A stretch of 64,000 nucleotides of DNA from an uncultured Verrucomicrobiae bacterium (lineage in GTDB: Bacteria > Verrucomicrobiota > Verrucomicrobiia > Chthoniobacterales > JAFAMB01). Shown piece by piece: positions 29,688 to 40,756 of the stretch. The notes below the pieces were generated by a model. The model searched no databases. It had not been told where the DNA came from and saw only the letters and a program-made list of their open reading frames with translations. Position numbers and translations under genes: made by a program. Position 1 is the stretch's first letter. Every line of letters begins with the position of its first letter. Where the stretch lies: the NCBI GenBank assembly GCA_963837955.1, contig CAWIPH010000002.1:4512001-4576000 (forward strand), in the 5' to 3' direction.

Positions 29688-31286
29688 ATGGACGCGTCGT
29701 CGACTATCGATACTGAGGTTCTGATTGTTGGTGCAGGTCCAACCGGCTTGGTGTTGGCCCTGTGGCTGACGCGATTAGGGGTGCGCGTGAGGGTCATCGA
29801 CAAGACGGCCGAGCCGGGAACAACATCGCGTGCGCTCGCGGTGCAGGCACGCACGCTCGAGTTCTATGGCCAGATCGGTCTGGCTGACGAGGTCGTCGAA
29901 CGTGGACAGCGGGTCGCCGCCGCGAATCTGTGGGTGGCCGGCCGGCAGGTGGCACGGGCTGTATTCGGCGACATGGGCGTGGGCATCAGTCCATATTCCT
30001 ACGCGCTCGTCTATCCGCAAGACGAGCACGAGCGGTTATTAGTCGATCGCCTCACCGAGCTCGGCGTCCATGTCGAGCGTCGCACCGAGCTTTCGCACTT
30101 CGAAGATACGACCGATTGCGTGCTCGCGCATCTTGAGCGGTCCGACGGACAGCTGGAAACGTGCAAGTCCGCCTACTTGGCCGGCTGCGACGGCGCACGC
30201 TCTACGATACGCGAAACGCTCAATATCGGGTTTCCCGGCGGCACGTACACTCACCTGTTTTATGTTGCCGACGTCGACGCGAGCGGAACGGCGACGAACG
30301 GTGAGTTGCACGTCGCTCTCGACCGGACCGATTTTCTTGCCGTGTTTCCGCTGAAGGGTAAAGGGCGCGCTCGACTCGTTGGCACCGTACGGGAAGACGC
30401 CGAGCACCAGCACGAGAACCTGTCGTGGGACGACGTTAGCAAGTCGGTGATCGAGTGGCTGCACATCGATGTCGCGCGCGTGAATTGGTTTTCGACTTAT
30501 CGTGTGCATCATCGGGTCGCCAACCGGTTCTCCGAAGGTCGCGCGTTTCTGCTCGGCGACGCGGCCCACATTCACAGTCCCGTGGGCGGACAAGGCATGA
30601 ATACGGGCATTGGCGACGCGGTGAACCTGGCCTGGAAACTTGCTGCTGTCCTGCACGGGCGAGCGAAGCCGGCTCTCCTCGACAGCTACGAACCAGAACG
30701 GATCGCCTTTGCTCGGCGCCTCGTGGCGACCACTGATCAAGCTTTCACCGGCGTGACGAGCGAAGGCGCGATCGCGCGCGCACTGCGACTACACATCGTG
30801 CCATTCCTCATTCCGTTGCTTTTCGCATTCCGGGCGACCCGACGCCTCATGTTTCGTACGGTCTCGCAAACGGCGGTGAACTATCGCACGAGCACGTTGA
30901 GTCAAGGACGCGCCGGAAGGGTGCACGGCGGAGACCGCTTACCATGGGCTAAGACGAGTTCGGGTGGACTCGAGGGCGACAACTTCAAGCCGCTGACATC
31001 GCTAGACTGGCAGGCACACGTCTATGGCAACGCCGGGCCCGAGATTCGGGCAATATGTGAACAGCGACGGTTGCCGCTGCACGTTTTCGGTTGGCAGCGA
31101 GCTATGGGCCGGAGCGGCCTGCGACGCGATGCCGTTTATCTCGTACGGCCAGACGGCTACGTGGCCATGGCGGATCGTGAGGGTCGCGCCGACGCGCTCA
31201 CGTCCTATTTCGACACGCATCAAATCACCCCGACTGGATCGGAGCGGAACGAACATCAGCCGGCAGACAGCGGCCGAAGCGCATGA
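29688..31286 (+). CDS. FAD-dependent monooxygenase (PheA/TfdB family)
   Basis: IVGAGPTGL, GCDGARS, LLGDAAHIHSPVGGQGMNTG, LVRPDGYV. Confidence 0.9.
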   Translation: MDASSTIDTEVLIVGAGPTGLVLALWLTRLGVRVRVIDKTAEPGTTSRALAVQARTLEFYGQIGLADEVVERGQRVAAANLWVAGRQVARAVFGDMGVGISPYSYALVYPQDEHERLLVDRLTELGVHVERRTELSHFEDTTDCVLAHLERSDGQLETCKSAYLAGCDGARSTIRETLNIGFPGGTYTHLFYVADVDASGTATNGELHVALDRTDFLAVFPLKGKGRARLVGTVREDAEHQHENLSWDDVSKSVIEWLHIDVARVNWFSTYRVHHRVANRFSEGRAFLLGDAAHIHSPVGGQGMNTGIGDAVNLAWKLAAVLHGRAKPALLDSYEPERIAFARRLVATTDQAFTGVTSEGAIARALRLHIVPFLIPLLFAFRATRRLMFRTVSQTAVNYRTSTLSQGRAGRVHGGDRLPWAKTSSGGLEGDNFKPLTSLDWQAHVYGNAGPEIRAICEQRRLPLHVFGWQRAMGRSGLRRDAVYLVRPDGYVAMADREGRADALTSYFDTHQITPTGSERNEHQPADSGRSA

Positions 31287-31409
31287 CGGGCGAAGCGCAT
31301 AGCAGATAGCAGGCGAAGCGCATGACAAATGACAGATGACAAATTGCTAAGAGGCTGAATCCAGAAGCTGGAATTGATTGAAAGCAGAACAGCGAACGCG
31401 GTTCGTTGT

Positions 31410-31814
31410 TCAATGGGTTACCGTTATGGAAAGTCCGGGTTGCAGTGAGTTGGCTACCGTCGAGATCGCTACCGCTCGCTCGATCAGAGCCTCCACGTCG
31501 GTCTTCTTATCGGCTGCGGCGACGCGCACCGCAATTTCGGCGGCAGTGGCTAGCGTGGGATTCCCTTCAAGCCGGACCGTGACATCTACTTCAACCGTTA
31601 AGAGCTGAACGCCAAGGTCATGAGCAACATACCGCAGATCGTTGCATAGGCATCCCCCGATAGCTAATCCCAGCAATTGTCCGCCATTGAATCCGAGCCC
31701 TTTTCCTCCGGCCTTGCCCTCAGCTCGATCAACAATGAGCGTATGGGATCCGGCCCAGCCGAGAGCTGCTTCGGTCCCGTGCACGTTGCGCAATTGGACG
31801 GTTATCTCTGCCAT
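31410..31814 (-). CDS. OsmC-like protein
   Basis: DRAEGKAGGKGLGFNGGQLL..AIGGC...VANSL. Confidence 0.75.
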   Translation of the reverse strand: MAEITVQLRNVHGTEAALGWAGSHTLIVDRAEGKAGGKGLGFNGGQLLGLAIGGCLCNDLRYVAHDLGVQLLTVEVDVTVRLEGNPTLATAAEIAVRVAAADKKTDVEALIERAVAISTVANSLQPGLSITVTH

Positions 31815-32083
31815 CGCAGCGAATGACTAATAGCGGGCGAAGCGCATCGCAAATGACAAATGACAGGCGAAGCGCATAGCAGATGACAAATAGCAGATAG
31901 CCAAGCTGATGACAGATGACAACACACCGAAGGTGTAAGATAACTTAGCCCAGGGTGGAGGCTTTGCGGAACCCTGGGTCAGGGTGAAGTGTAACGGAAC
32001 CCTGGGGTAGCAAAGGAAGCAAAGGTCGGACGATCTCCAGTTTTTGAATTCCGGCTTCTCACCAATTTGTCATTTGTCATTTG

Positions 32084-32989
32084 TCATGCGCTTCGCCGTT
32101 TGAGGGCTTCTAATTCTTCCGGAGTGCGCGGCCACTCCGATCCCAATAGCCGAGACAGACTGCGATCGGCCAAGACTTTTCCACCGGTCTGGCATCGGGC
32201 ACAGTAGTTTGTCTCGTTGTCGGCGTAGCGAATCCGCAGAACCTTTTCACCACATCGCGGGCACGGTTCACCGTAACGGCCATGGACTGCCATGCCTTTA
32301 TGAAACGCAGTGACGTTTTCAGGAAACCCAGTGCCAGCTTCGGTTTGCAGGCGATCCACCCATTGCTCAAGCGTCCCACGCGCGCTCGTGAAAAGCTGTT
32401 GCCACTCATCCGGCCTAAGTTTGTGGGTTTGCGTAACGGGTGATAGTTGAGCTGCGTGCAGGATCTCATCTGAATATGCGTTGCCGATACCGCTCACTAA
32501 GCGGGGATCAGTCAGGGCTCGCTTGAGCGTGCGGTTTTCCGCCATGAGTGCGCTGCGAAAAGACTCGAGATCGCTAGTCAATATATCGATTCCTCCCGGG
32601 TCCATGGAGCGCAGGCTTTCTTCGCCACTTAGAAGGTGCAACGATGCACGACGTTTGGTGCCGGCTTCGGTCAGCGAGAGAGAACCATTGGGAAAGTCGA
32701 AGGCCGCAAGATTGTTGCGGCCGGCTAACCGAATCTCTGGTGGTCGCCAGTGGAGCCGGCCCGCGATCATCAAATGAAGCACCAGCCAGAGATCGTTCTC
32801 CACTCCGATCACGATTCGTTTGCCGATTCGCCGCAGTTCGCGAACAACCCGGCCCTCCACTTGGCTAATCGGCGGTTGGGCGCTTCGAACTAGAAAAGTA
32901 CTCGCCACTCGAACCCGAATGAGTCGTTGACCGACTAAGCGTGATTCGAGGGCTTTAATATAGGTGACGATATCCGGCAGTTCCGGCAT
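32084..32989 (-). CDS. Fpg/Nei-family DNA glycosylase
   Basis: MPELPD N-terminus, HLMIAG, H2TH GIGNAYSDEIL, zinc finger CPRCG...CARCQ. Confidence 0.9.
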   Translation of the reverse strand: MPELPDIVTYIKALESRLVGQRLIRVRVASTFLVRSAQPPISQVEGRVVRELRRIGKRIVIGVENDLWLVLHLMIAGRLHWRPPEIRLAGRNNLAAFDFPNGSLSLTEAGTKRRASLHLLSGEESLRSMDPGGIDILTSDLESFRSALMAENRTLKRALTDPRLVSGIGNAYSDEILHAAQLSPVTQTHKLRPDEWQQLFTSARGTLEQWVDRLQTEAGTGFPENVTAFHKGMAVHGRYGEPCPRCGEKVLRIRYADNETNYCARCQTGGKVLADRSLSRLLGSEWPRTPEELEALKRRSA

Positions 32990-33408
32990 GACAAATAGCA
33001 GATAGCGGAAGAAATGCGGATTGCGGAATGCGGATTGCGGAATGTCGCTGAATCAGGAAGCCAGAAGCCGCTACCCGTTCGGCTAAGCACAGGTCAAAGC
33101 CTTTGCTAACTTCTGTTCAAGGATCTTCTTTATCGACTCCCAGTGAGCGTATTTCTGCGATCTCGCGATTTGATCAACTTCTTGCGCTCCTTCCTCCTTC
33201 GCTAAAGCTTTCGCCGTCACTAAGCCTATGGCGGACAAGTCGGCGGGACAAGTCAGGGCGCTCGCTTTTTTTTGGAAACTAACCCAGGGTTCCGCAATCC
33301 GCATTCCGCGTTCTCTGCTTAGCGATTGACCGTTCCGGCCGGACCAGAGTAACAAATCTAACAACCTCCAGACCCGCTTCAGCGGAGGTCAGTCCTGAAA
33401 AGATCATT

Positions 33409-33993
33409 ATGAACTGGTGGAAAAAAGCATTTGAGATCGCTCTCTGGAAGAGTCGGTTGATTGTGGTGCTCGCAGTGTTTCCCAGCATTATCGCTGGGAT
33501 CGCCTTGTTCTGCATCATCGCCATCGAGTCTTTCCGGGTTCTGGGCGACCTCATGCATTACCTGGACCCGACACTGGCTCTGGACCAAAGAGATGCGCTG
33601 CTCAAGCAAAGCATCTTGCGGATGATCTCAGCCATCGATGGTTATCTGCTAGGCGCGTTTATGTTGATCTTCGGCTTTGGATTATATGAACTTTTCCTGG
33701 CCGACCTGCAGGAAGCTCGTTTATCTCAAACGGCCGGCCGAATTCTTCGGATCAGATCGCTGGATGATCTCAAGACTCGTCTGGCAAAAGTTATTCTGAT
33801 CATTCTGATCGTTGAGACATTCAAAGATGCTCTCGGAATCAAGGCGCAAACGCCGCTCGATCTGCTTTACGTTGGCGCGACCATCGCGCTTATCGGCCTC
33901 GCCCTTTATCTGACCCATGGAGCCGATTCGGAGAAGAACCCGGAAAAAAGGGATCTCACGCCAAGCCGCAAAGACGCCGAGAATGACGACTGA
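33409..33993 (+). CDS. YqhA (UPF0114) membrane protein
   Basis: AIDGYLLG..MLIFGFGLYELF, I.SLDDLK.RLAKVI; tail DLTPSRKDA derives from the ATCTCACGC repeat. Confidence 0.8.
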   Translation: MNWWKKAFEIALWKSRLIVVLAVFPSIIAGIALFCIIAIESFRVLGDLMHYLDPTLALDQRDALLKQSILRMISAIDGYLLGAFMLIFGFGLYELFLADLQEARLSQTAGRILRIRSLDDLKTRLAKVILIILIVETFKDALGIKAQTPLDLLYVGATIALIGLALYLTHGADSEKNPEKRDLTPSRKDAENDD

Positions 33994-34529
33994 TGGGGCG
34001 AGCCTCCGGGCGAAGCGCATGACAAAAGACAAAGAGGCAGAATTCAGAATCTGGAATTTAGAATCTAGAATGTTCTGAACCTTTGCTTACCGTTCGGCTG
34101 AGCTCAGGTCGAAGCCTTTGCTACCTTCTGTTCAAAAAATCTTCTACCGACTTCGTGTGCACGTGTTTTACGCGATCGCGGCCCTTTCTTGCGCTCCTTC
34201 AGAGCGATACGCTTTATTGGGACCTAACCCAGGGTTGCGCAAAGCCTCCACCCTGGGCTGAGTCTTGTTGCGCCTTCGGCGTATTTGTCATCTGTCATTT
34301 GTCATCAGCATTTGCTACCTGCTATTTGCTATTTGTCATGCGCTTCGCCGGCATCCGTCCGTATCCCCGTGCCTACCTATTCTAAATTCCAACTTCTAGA
34401 TTCTAGGTCCCATCCTTTGCGCCTTGGCGTCTTTGCGTGAGGTTTTTCTTCAGTCTTTGACCCTTCGAGGACGAGGACGATTCTCTGGCTATTTGCTATC
34501 TGCTATCTGCTATCTGCTATGCGCTCCGC
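33953..34529. repeat. Composite repeat spacer
   Basis: + ATCTCACGC copy at 33953, - copy at ~34415-34442; ~34371-34442 matches ~1656-1724. Confidence 0.8.
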
Positions 34530-34829
34530 CTAGCCGCCCGCCATGGCGCCGATAATGAGGAACGGTTCGACGCCAGATAGGACTTCGCCAGGTAACGGGG
34601 TCTCGGGTGGTTCGTGCGAAAGATCTTCTTTGCAGGCGTAGAATCTGACGAACGGGCGACGGCGTAATGTGTTGCGATCGCGGATGGCTCCGCGAAGTAC
34701 CGGATATCGCGCTTCGAGAGCGTCGAGGACCGAACCCAGCGTAGTCGGTTCCTCCAGTTCCAGTCGCACATCACCGTCCACGCGCGCCAGCGTACGCAGA
34801 TGATAAGGGAGCCCTACTCGGATGGTCAT
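34530..34829 (-). CDS. MoaD/ThiS-family ubiquitin-like protein
   Basis: [12 protein letters not shown]...RRPFVRFY...IIGAMAGG, C-terminal Gly-Gly; overlaps the upstream stop. Confidence 0.85.
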   Translation of the reverse strand: MTIRVGLPYHLRTLARVDGDVRLELEEPTTLGSVLDALEARYPVLRGAIRDRNTLRRRPFVRFYACKEDLSHEPPETPLPGEVLSGVEPFLIIGAMAGG

Positions 34830-35941
34830 TGCAAAGTCTGAACTTCGACAGATAAAACCGCCGGGAGATCGCGCACAATGGGGTTCCAACTGTCGCCGTT
34901 GTCGGCTGAAGCATAAACCTGCCCGCCGGTGGTTCCGAAATACACACCGCAAGGCTCGAGCGAGTCAACCGCCATCGCGTCTCGCAAGACGTTAACGTAG
35001 CAATCCTTTTGCGGCAGACCTTTGGTGAGCGGTTCCCATTCGTTGCCGCCGGTCCGGCTCCGATACACCCGCAGCTTGGCGTCCGGCGGAAAATGCTCTG
35101 AATCGCTCTTGATCGGGACAACATAGATCGTTTCCGGCTCATGAGCGTGAACCTGAATCGGGAAACCGAAATCTGAGGGCAGATCGCCGCTGACCTCCTG
35201 CCAGGATTCGCCGGCGTTGTCACTCCGCATGACGTCCCAATGCTTCTGCATGAACAAGACGTCGGAACGAGATGGATGCATCGCGATCCGATGAACACAA
35301 TGTCCAACTTGCGCGTCCGGGTCAGGCAATTCGAACGGTGATTTCAGACCGGCATTAGCCGGCTGCCACGTTTTGCCTTCGTCATCAGTGCGGAAAGCAC
35401 CGGCCGCAGAGATGGCAACGAACATTCGACCAGGTCGTTCGGGAGCAAGAACGATCGTGTGCAGACACATCCCGCCTGCCCCGGGCTGCCAAAGGTTGCC
35501 CTTGGCACTGCGCAATCCGGGAAGCTCCTGCCACGTCTTGCCGCCGTCCACCGTCTTGAACAGCGCCGCGTCTTCTACTCCCGCGTAAACGGTGTTTGGA
35601 TCGTTCAAAGACGGTTCGAGATGCCAGACCCGCTTGAACTCCCACGGATGTTGTGTGCCATCGTACCACTGGTGAGTTCCGGGAACACCGTCATAATTGA
35701 ATTCGTTGCCGGTTGTTTCCCAGGTTTTTCCGCCGTTATCCGAGCGCTGCATCACCTGGCCGAACCAGCCGCTGGTCTGCGACGCGTACAAACGATCCGA
35801 GTCAGCGGGCGAGCCTTTAACGTGATAAATCTCCCAACCCGCAAAGTGCGGTCCGTTGACTTCCCACCGGCCGCGTTCCCCATCAGCCGTCAGAATGAAT
35901 GCACCTTTCCTGGTGCCGACCAATACTCGTACTTTGCTCAT
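34826..35941 (-). CDS. BNR/Asp-box beta-propeller protein (sialidase-like fold)
   Basis: VGTRKGAF; repeated RSDNGGKTW / TVDGGKTW / RTDDEGKTW / SADNGDSW. Confidence 0.85.
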   Translation of the reverse strand: MSKVRVLVGTRKGAFILTADGERGRWEVNGPHFAGWEIYHVKGSPADSDRLYASQTSGWFGQVMQRSDNGGKTWETTGNEFNYDGVPGTHQWYDGTQHPWEFKRVWHLEPSLNDPNTVYAGVEDAALFKTVDGGKTWQELPGLRSAKGNLWQPGAGGMCLHTIVLAPERPGRMFVAISAAGAFRTDDEGKTWQPANAGLKSPFELPDPDAQVGHCVHRIAMHPSRSDVLFMQKHWDVMRSDNAGESWQEVSGDLPSDFGFPIQVHAHEPETIYVVPIKSDSEHFPPDAKLRVYRSRTGGNEWEPLTKGLPQKDCYVNVLRDAMAVDSLEPCGVYFGTTGGQVYASADNGDSWNPIVRDLPAVLSVEVQTLQ

Positions 35942-36140
35942 ATTGTTGTTCGCTCAAATGATATGACGAACGAGCAGCCGAAATCAGGACTTTTGTTTTA
36001 AAATCTCACGCAAAGACGCAGCGCCCGGTAGGGCTGAGCTCCTGCTCGGCCGGAATTAATCTCACGCAAAGACGCCAAGACGCAAAGGGGGAGAGGGGAA
36101 GTGATTGGTGAACGGTGAACGCTCCGACCTGCGGTAGATC

Positions 36141-36216
36141 TGCTATCTGCTATCTGCTATCTGCTATCTGCTATCTGCTATCTGCTATCTGCTATCTGCT
36201 ATCTGCTATCTGCTAT
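36141..36216 (+). repeat. Heptamer tandem repeat (TGCTATC)10, followed by the ATGCGCTTCGCC anchor
   Basis: Direct count; same family at ~47850-47895, ~57874-57908, ~61350-61383, ~62750-62828. Confidence 0.9.
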
Positions 36217-36281
36217 GCGCTTCGCCGGTCATTTGTCATGCGCTCCGCCCGCTATCTGCTATTTGCTATGCGTTTCGCCCG

Positions 36282-36761
36282 TCATGCGCTTCGCCAGGAT
36301 TGTCGTAGGTCGAGCGACATGAAGACACTGTTCGGGTCGAGCACATAGTCGGCGAACGGCGGGCATTCAACGAAGCCATGGCTCCGGTAAAATGCGTGGG
36401 CAGGCCGAAAATATTCCCACGAGCCTGTCTCGAGGCTGAGGCGCGACATGCCGCTTACTCGCGCGGTCGCGATGATGTGGCGCAGCATTGCGCTTCCCGC
36501 TCCCCTTCCGCGCTTGGACTGAGCGGTATGCATCGACTTGACCTCACCATGATCGGCCGAAAGTCGCTTCAGCGCGCCGATCCCCAAGAGTGTTTCATCG
36601 TCCCAGATCGTCCAAAAATTGATGTCGGGCGATCGCAGCCCGGTGAGGTCCAAGGCGTGCGCGCTGCCCGGGGCCGTTTCCGCTCGGGCACTGGTCAGAT
36701 GAGTATGGAGGAGATCGACCACGCGCGGGTCGCGCAGGTCGCCTTCGACGATCCGCATCAT
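36282..36761 (-). CDS. GNAT acetyltransferase (YsnE-like)
   Basis: SAHALD, GEVKSMHT...RGRGAG, LSLETG, FYRSHGF.EC.PF.DY. Confidence 0.85.
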   Translation of the reverse strand: MMRIVEGDLRDPRVVDLLHTHLTSARAETAPGSAHALDLTGLRSPDINFWTIWDDETLLGIGALKRLSADHGEVKSMHTAQSKRGRGAGSAMLRHIIATARVSGMSRLSLETGSWEYFRPAHAFYRSHGFVECPPFADYVLDPNSVFMSLDLRQSWRSA

Positions 36762-37014
36762 GGCTGGCTTCTCCCTATCACCTCACAATGCTACCGGCAA
36801 CGTGCTTGCGGCCGAAGTTATTCGCGGCCACGGAATACGGAATACGAAATGCGGATTGCGGATTGCGGATTGCGGATTGCGGAATCGTCAGGCCCTCTAC
36901 TTTAAGGCGGTAATGGTTTACTAATAAGCCCGCGAAGAGACTTCATTTTTTGATGCACCGAGTATTTACAGAGGAGGTCCTCACAACGATGTTAAGTTGA
37001 ACAGGAGAACCACA

Positions 37015-37239
37015 ATGAAAGCGGATTCAGCGCTCGTAATGAGCTTCTTCAAAAACGAGGTTCCTGCTGGCAGCGTACGGATCAATCTGAAATGGCCAGA
37101 TAAACACGAAGTCACCGACTTCAAGTTGGACCGGTTGGGCGAAATGGTGACCTGCGAGACGGAGACTGATCAAACAGGATGGGTGATCGTCAAACGTCGT
37201 GCCAACGTATCCGTCGGAGACAAGATTCCTTTGCTGTAA
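37015..37239 (+). CDS. Small hypothetical protein
   Basis: AGGAG RBS before ATG; non-repetitive ORF in unique sequence. Confidence 0.5.
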   Translation: MKADSALVMSFFKNEVPAGSVRINLKWPDKHEVTDFKLDRLGEMVTCETETDQTGWVIVKRRANVSVGDKIPLL

Positions 37240-37761
37240 GCAGGGTAACATGAAGTGAGAGGTGATTGGTGAGCGGATCGACGTGAGTCCTAAATGGGGT
37301 CACGTCTAAAACAGTAAATAGCCGCAAAAGAACACAAAGAGCACAGAGAATTCCACCGTTTGGCGGAGCGTTCGACCGAGCTCACACCAAGGTCGAAGGC
37401 CCTTTGCTTCCTTCTGTTCAAAATCCGTCTTCGCGCTGCAGCAATTCGCCAGTTTCATCTTTGGTTGGCTACGCCGTGCTGCGATCTTCAGTGGAAAATA
37501 TCTTCCCTCTTGCGCTCTTGCAGAGCGGGCTCGCTTTTTTTGGTTAACCCAGGGTTCCGCAAAGCCTCCACCCTGGGCTGAGTCCTGTTACGCCTTTGGC
37601 GTATTTGTCATCTGTCATCAGCTCTTGCTATCTGCCATTTGTTATCTAAAACCATTATCCCTTCGTCTTAACTTTGCGTCTTTGCGTCTTTGCGTGAGAT
37701 ATTTCCGGCCGAGCGGGAGCTCAGCCCTACCGCGTCTTTGCGTGAGATTTTGTGCTGTTTG

Positions 37762-38799
37762 TCAGCGCTTCGCCCGCGGCGCGGCGGTGCTTTTGCGGAT
37801 CATTAGCTCTGGGCGAAATGCTCGGCGGAGTACGGCGTCCGGGGTGCCACGGATTCGGGCGAACAGGATATCTAGGCTTTCGCGGGCCATGACGTCGAAG
37901 TCTGAGGTGGCCGTGGTTAACGGCGGATTAAAGAAACGACCCTCGGGCATGTTGTCAAAACCGACCACCGAGACTTCGGCGGGGACCTCGATCCCGGCCT
38001 CATGCAATGCCAGTAGAGCGCCCATCGCAATCAAATCGTTCGCGGCGAAAATCGCGGTAAATTTTCCGGCTGAGGTTTTGATCAGTTCTTTGGTTGCATC
38101 GTAACCGCCGTCCGGTGTCCACGGAGTGTGCATAGCGGGACCAGGCTTAAGACCGGCTGCCTGGAGCTCGGCCAGCCATCCTTTTCGTCTGAGCTTCGAG
38201 CTTCGATACAGCTGGTAGCCGAGGAGTCCGGCGATCCGGGTGTGGCCGAGCGAAATCAAGTGACGGGTGGCTAACCTGGCTCCGCGAATATGGTCTACCC
38301 GAAACGACGGGAATAGGTCACCACCGTCGATGTCGAGCGTGACAAACGGTATATTTCCCATGGCGGCCGCCAGCTCCCGTTTATCGATTTCGACGGGAAC
38401 GTCGACGATGAGTCCTTCCGCTGAGTTTGCGATCAGTTGTTCAGCTCCGGTCTTGGCTTCGGCAATGGTCAGACTCCGCAGCCCGAAGATCATGAGCGTA
38501 TAACCATGTAATCGAGCTTCCTGTTCGAGACTGAGAATGGCATGAGCCGGCCCATAAACTCCTGGATCATCTGTTACCAGTCCGATCAACGTCGAACGAC
38601 GATTGGCCAGAAATCTGGCCGCCGTGTTCGGCTTGTATCCCAGCGCCGCGATTGCCTCCTGTACCCGTTCCCGAGTTTCCGGCAGGACTCTGGGATGATT
38701 GTTAATGACCCGGGAGACGGTCTGTTGGGAAAGGCCGAGTACCTTGGCGACATCATTGAGAGTAGGGCGCCTGGCATCGGCTGGGGAACGATGTCTCAT
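37762..38799 (-). CDS. LacI-family transcriptional regulator
   Basis: TLNDVAKVLGLSQQTVSRVIN HTH, FAANDLIAMGA, SVVGFDN, PPLTT. Confidence 0.93.
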   Translation of the reverse strand: MRHRSPADARRPTLNDVAKVLGLSQQTVSRVINNHPRVLPETRERVQEAIAALGYKPNTAARFLANRRSTLIGLVTDDPGVYGPAHAILSLEQEARLHGYTLMIFGLRSLTIAEAKTGAEQLIANSAEGLIVDVPVEIDKRELAAAMGNIPFVTLDIDGGDLFPSFRVDHIRGARLATRHLISLGHTRIAGLLGYQLYRSSKLRRKGWLAELQAAGLKPGPAMHTPWTPDGGYDATKELIKTSAGKFTAIFAANDLIAMGALLALHEAGIEVPAEVSVVGFDNMPEGRFFNPPLTTATSDFDVMARESLDILFARIRGTPDAVLRRAFRPELMIRKSTAAPRAKR

Positions 38800-39003
38800 A
38801 GGTTCGATTCGAGGAGCGCCGACGGATCGCGGGGATCCGACGTCGCAGAAGCGTACGGTCGTTGAGCGTGATGCATCAAGAAGCTATGTCGGACAGGCTG
38901 CGATCCCTCCCGGTCGTAGGGTGTTTGGACCGGTCGTGGTAGGGCGTACTCGATGGTATTCAGGTGAAGAATAAGAGGCTTAAAATGATACACAACATAG
39001 CGT

Positions 39004-39034
39004 TTGACGCCACCCCATGTTTGCGCTAACATGG
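39004..39034 (+). promoter_or_regulatory. Sigma70-like promoter overlapped by a LacI-type operator
   Basis: TTGACG-N17-TAACAT; near-perfect palindrome CCATGTTTGCGCTAACATGG (39015-39034) with central CG typical of LacI-family sites. Confidence 0.75.
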
Positions 39035-39104
39035 CCGCGCTTTCCAGCCTTTTCTTTCAACCTGTTCCCCCACCCCTCAATAACCCCAGAGCTAGAAATT
39101 CATC

Positions 39105-40370
39105 GTGAAATCCACCCCCTTCTTACTGGCGACCGCCCTCGTCCTGGCGTCCAGCACCGGCTTTGCCGCCGATTCCAACACTTCAGCTAATCTACGGTTG
39201 ATGGCTTTTGGCAGTGCCGCCCAGCTTAAAGCGGTCACCAACGCCGTTGCCCGCTTCAATCAAAAGTATCCGAACGTAAAGGTGGAGATTGCCATCGACC
39301 CGATATCAAACGGTTGGGGCGATTACGTCACCCACGTTCTCTCGCAGTTCAACGCAAACAACGCCTATGATGTGTACGGGACGGCAATCGAAACGTTCCG
39401 CACATTCGAGACCCGCAACCTGTTTATTCCACTCGACGACTTCATTGCCGGGCATACGAGTTATTCCGATTTCGATCCATCCCTCTTCAAGTACGCATCT
39501 TACCAGGGCAAGACGTACTTTATCCCGATCGGATGGAACAACATCATGATCAACTACAACCGGAAGCTGTTCAAAGACGCCGGTGTTGACTTACCCAAGA
39601 CAGGTTGGACCTGGGGCGAGTTCCGCGAGATCGCCAAGAAACTAACTGTCCGCGACGGGGCCGGCAATGTGACCCAATTCGGTTACGAAGTTCCGAATCA
39701 GTTCTTTTTCGTGCAGCCGTGGTTCTTCTCGAACGGAACATCAGTCCTGAACGCGGATTGGACTGCGTCCAACATGCTTGACCCCAAGGTGGCCGAGTCC
39801 CTGCAGTTTCTCTACGATCTGATCCATGTCGACAAGGTGTCGCCCATTCCCGGTAAGGACGCGATGAACAACCAATTCATGGCTGCACAGGTCGCGATGA
39901 TCGCGCGCGGTCATTGGATCGTTGAGAACGCGATGGCGGCCAAGCTGGACATGGATATCGCTATTCCTCCGACCAAAGTAAATGACTACACGGTCATCGG
40001 GTTCGGCGGTTATGGGATCTCGAAAACGTCGAAATATCCGGACCTAGCCAAGGAACTGGTCGGCGAACTCACCAGCTTTGAAACGCAAAAGGAAGAGGGC
40101 GAAAGCGGCGGCGGCGTTCCTGGGCGGAAATCGGCGGCCGAGACCGCGACCTTCCTCGCCTACCCACCGAGCGCAGCGCTCTACTACCAGACCCTGCCGC
40201 ACACGCTACCTGTGCCATCGCCGGCCAATTTCCAGGACATCGAAAAAATCTTTATCCGCAACTACATCGCGATGATGTCGGGTGAGATCTCGATCGCAGA
40301 CGGCGTCAAGCGCGCCGATCGGGAAATGAACGAGTCGTTCAAGCGCCTCGCCGAACACCAGGCCAAGTAG
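39105..40370 (+). CDS. Carbohydrate ABC substrate-binding protein
   Basis: Signal peptide, FNQKYPNVKV, YNRKLFKDAGV, WTWGEF. Confidence 0.88.
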   Translation: MKSTPFLLATALVLASSTGFAADSNTSANLRLMAFGSAAQLKAVTNAVARFNQKYPNVKVEIAIDPISNGWGDYVTHVLSQFNANNAYDVYGTAIETFRTFETRNLFIPLDDFIAGHTSYSDFDPSLFKYASYQGKTYFIPIGWNNIMINYNRKLFKDAGVDLPKTGWTWGEFREIAKKLTVRDGAGNVTQFGYEVPNQFFFVQPWFFSNGTSVLNADWTASNMLDPKVAESLQFLYDLIHVDKVSPIPGKDAMNNQFMAAQVAMIARGHWIVENAMAAKLDMDIAIPPTKVNDYTVIGFGGYGISKTSKYPDLAKELVGELTSFETQKEEGESGGGVPGRKSAAETATFLAYPPSAALYYQTLPHTLPVPSPANFQDIEKIFIRNYIAMMSGEISIADGVKRADREMNESFKRLAEHQAK

Positions 40371-40379
40371 GAACCAAAG

Positions 40380-40735
40380 TCCGCAGAGGGAATATCCGCA
40401 GATTACGCGGACGAAAGAGTAGGAATTATCCGCAGATTACGTGAATTACGCAGATTAGGATTGGCTCGGAATCAGCAAACACCAGTGAACTTTCCCAGAC
40501 TAAAGATCAGATCTGTTTTCAGCCGTAGAGGCCACACGTCCGCAGAGGAATTATCCGCAGATTACGTGAATTACGCAGATTAGGATTAGCTCGGGATCAT
40601 CAAAAATCAGTGAACTTTTCTAGACCAAAGATCAGATCTGTTTTCAGAAACTCATTGAATCTGCGTAATCTGTGTAATCTGCGGATTATCTCCTCTGTGG
40701 AATCTAGGTTAATCCGCCTAATCTGTGGATAGTTC
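40380..40735. repeat. 9-nt-period CGCAGATTA repeat element with an internal duplication and an inverted end
   Basis: ggaattatccgcagattacgtgaattacgcagatt at ~40422 and ~40547; inverted aatctgcgtaatctgtgtaatctgcggat at ~40658-40686. Confidence 0.8.
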
Positions 40736-40756
40736 GGAGGTTTAAGCGGAAGTACG

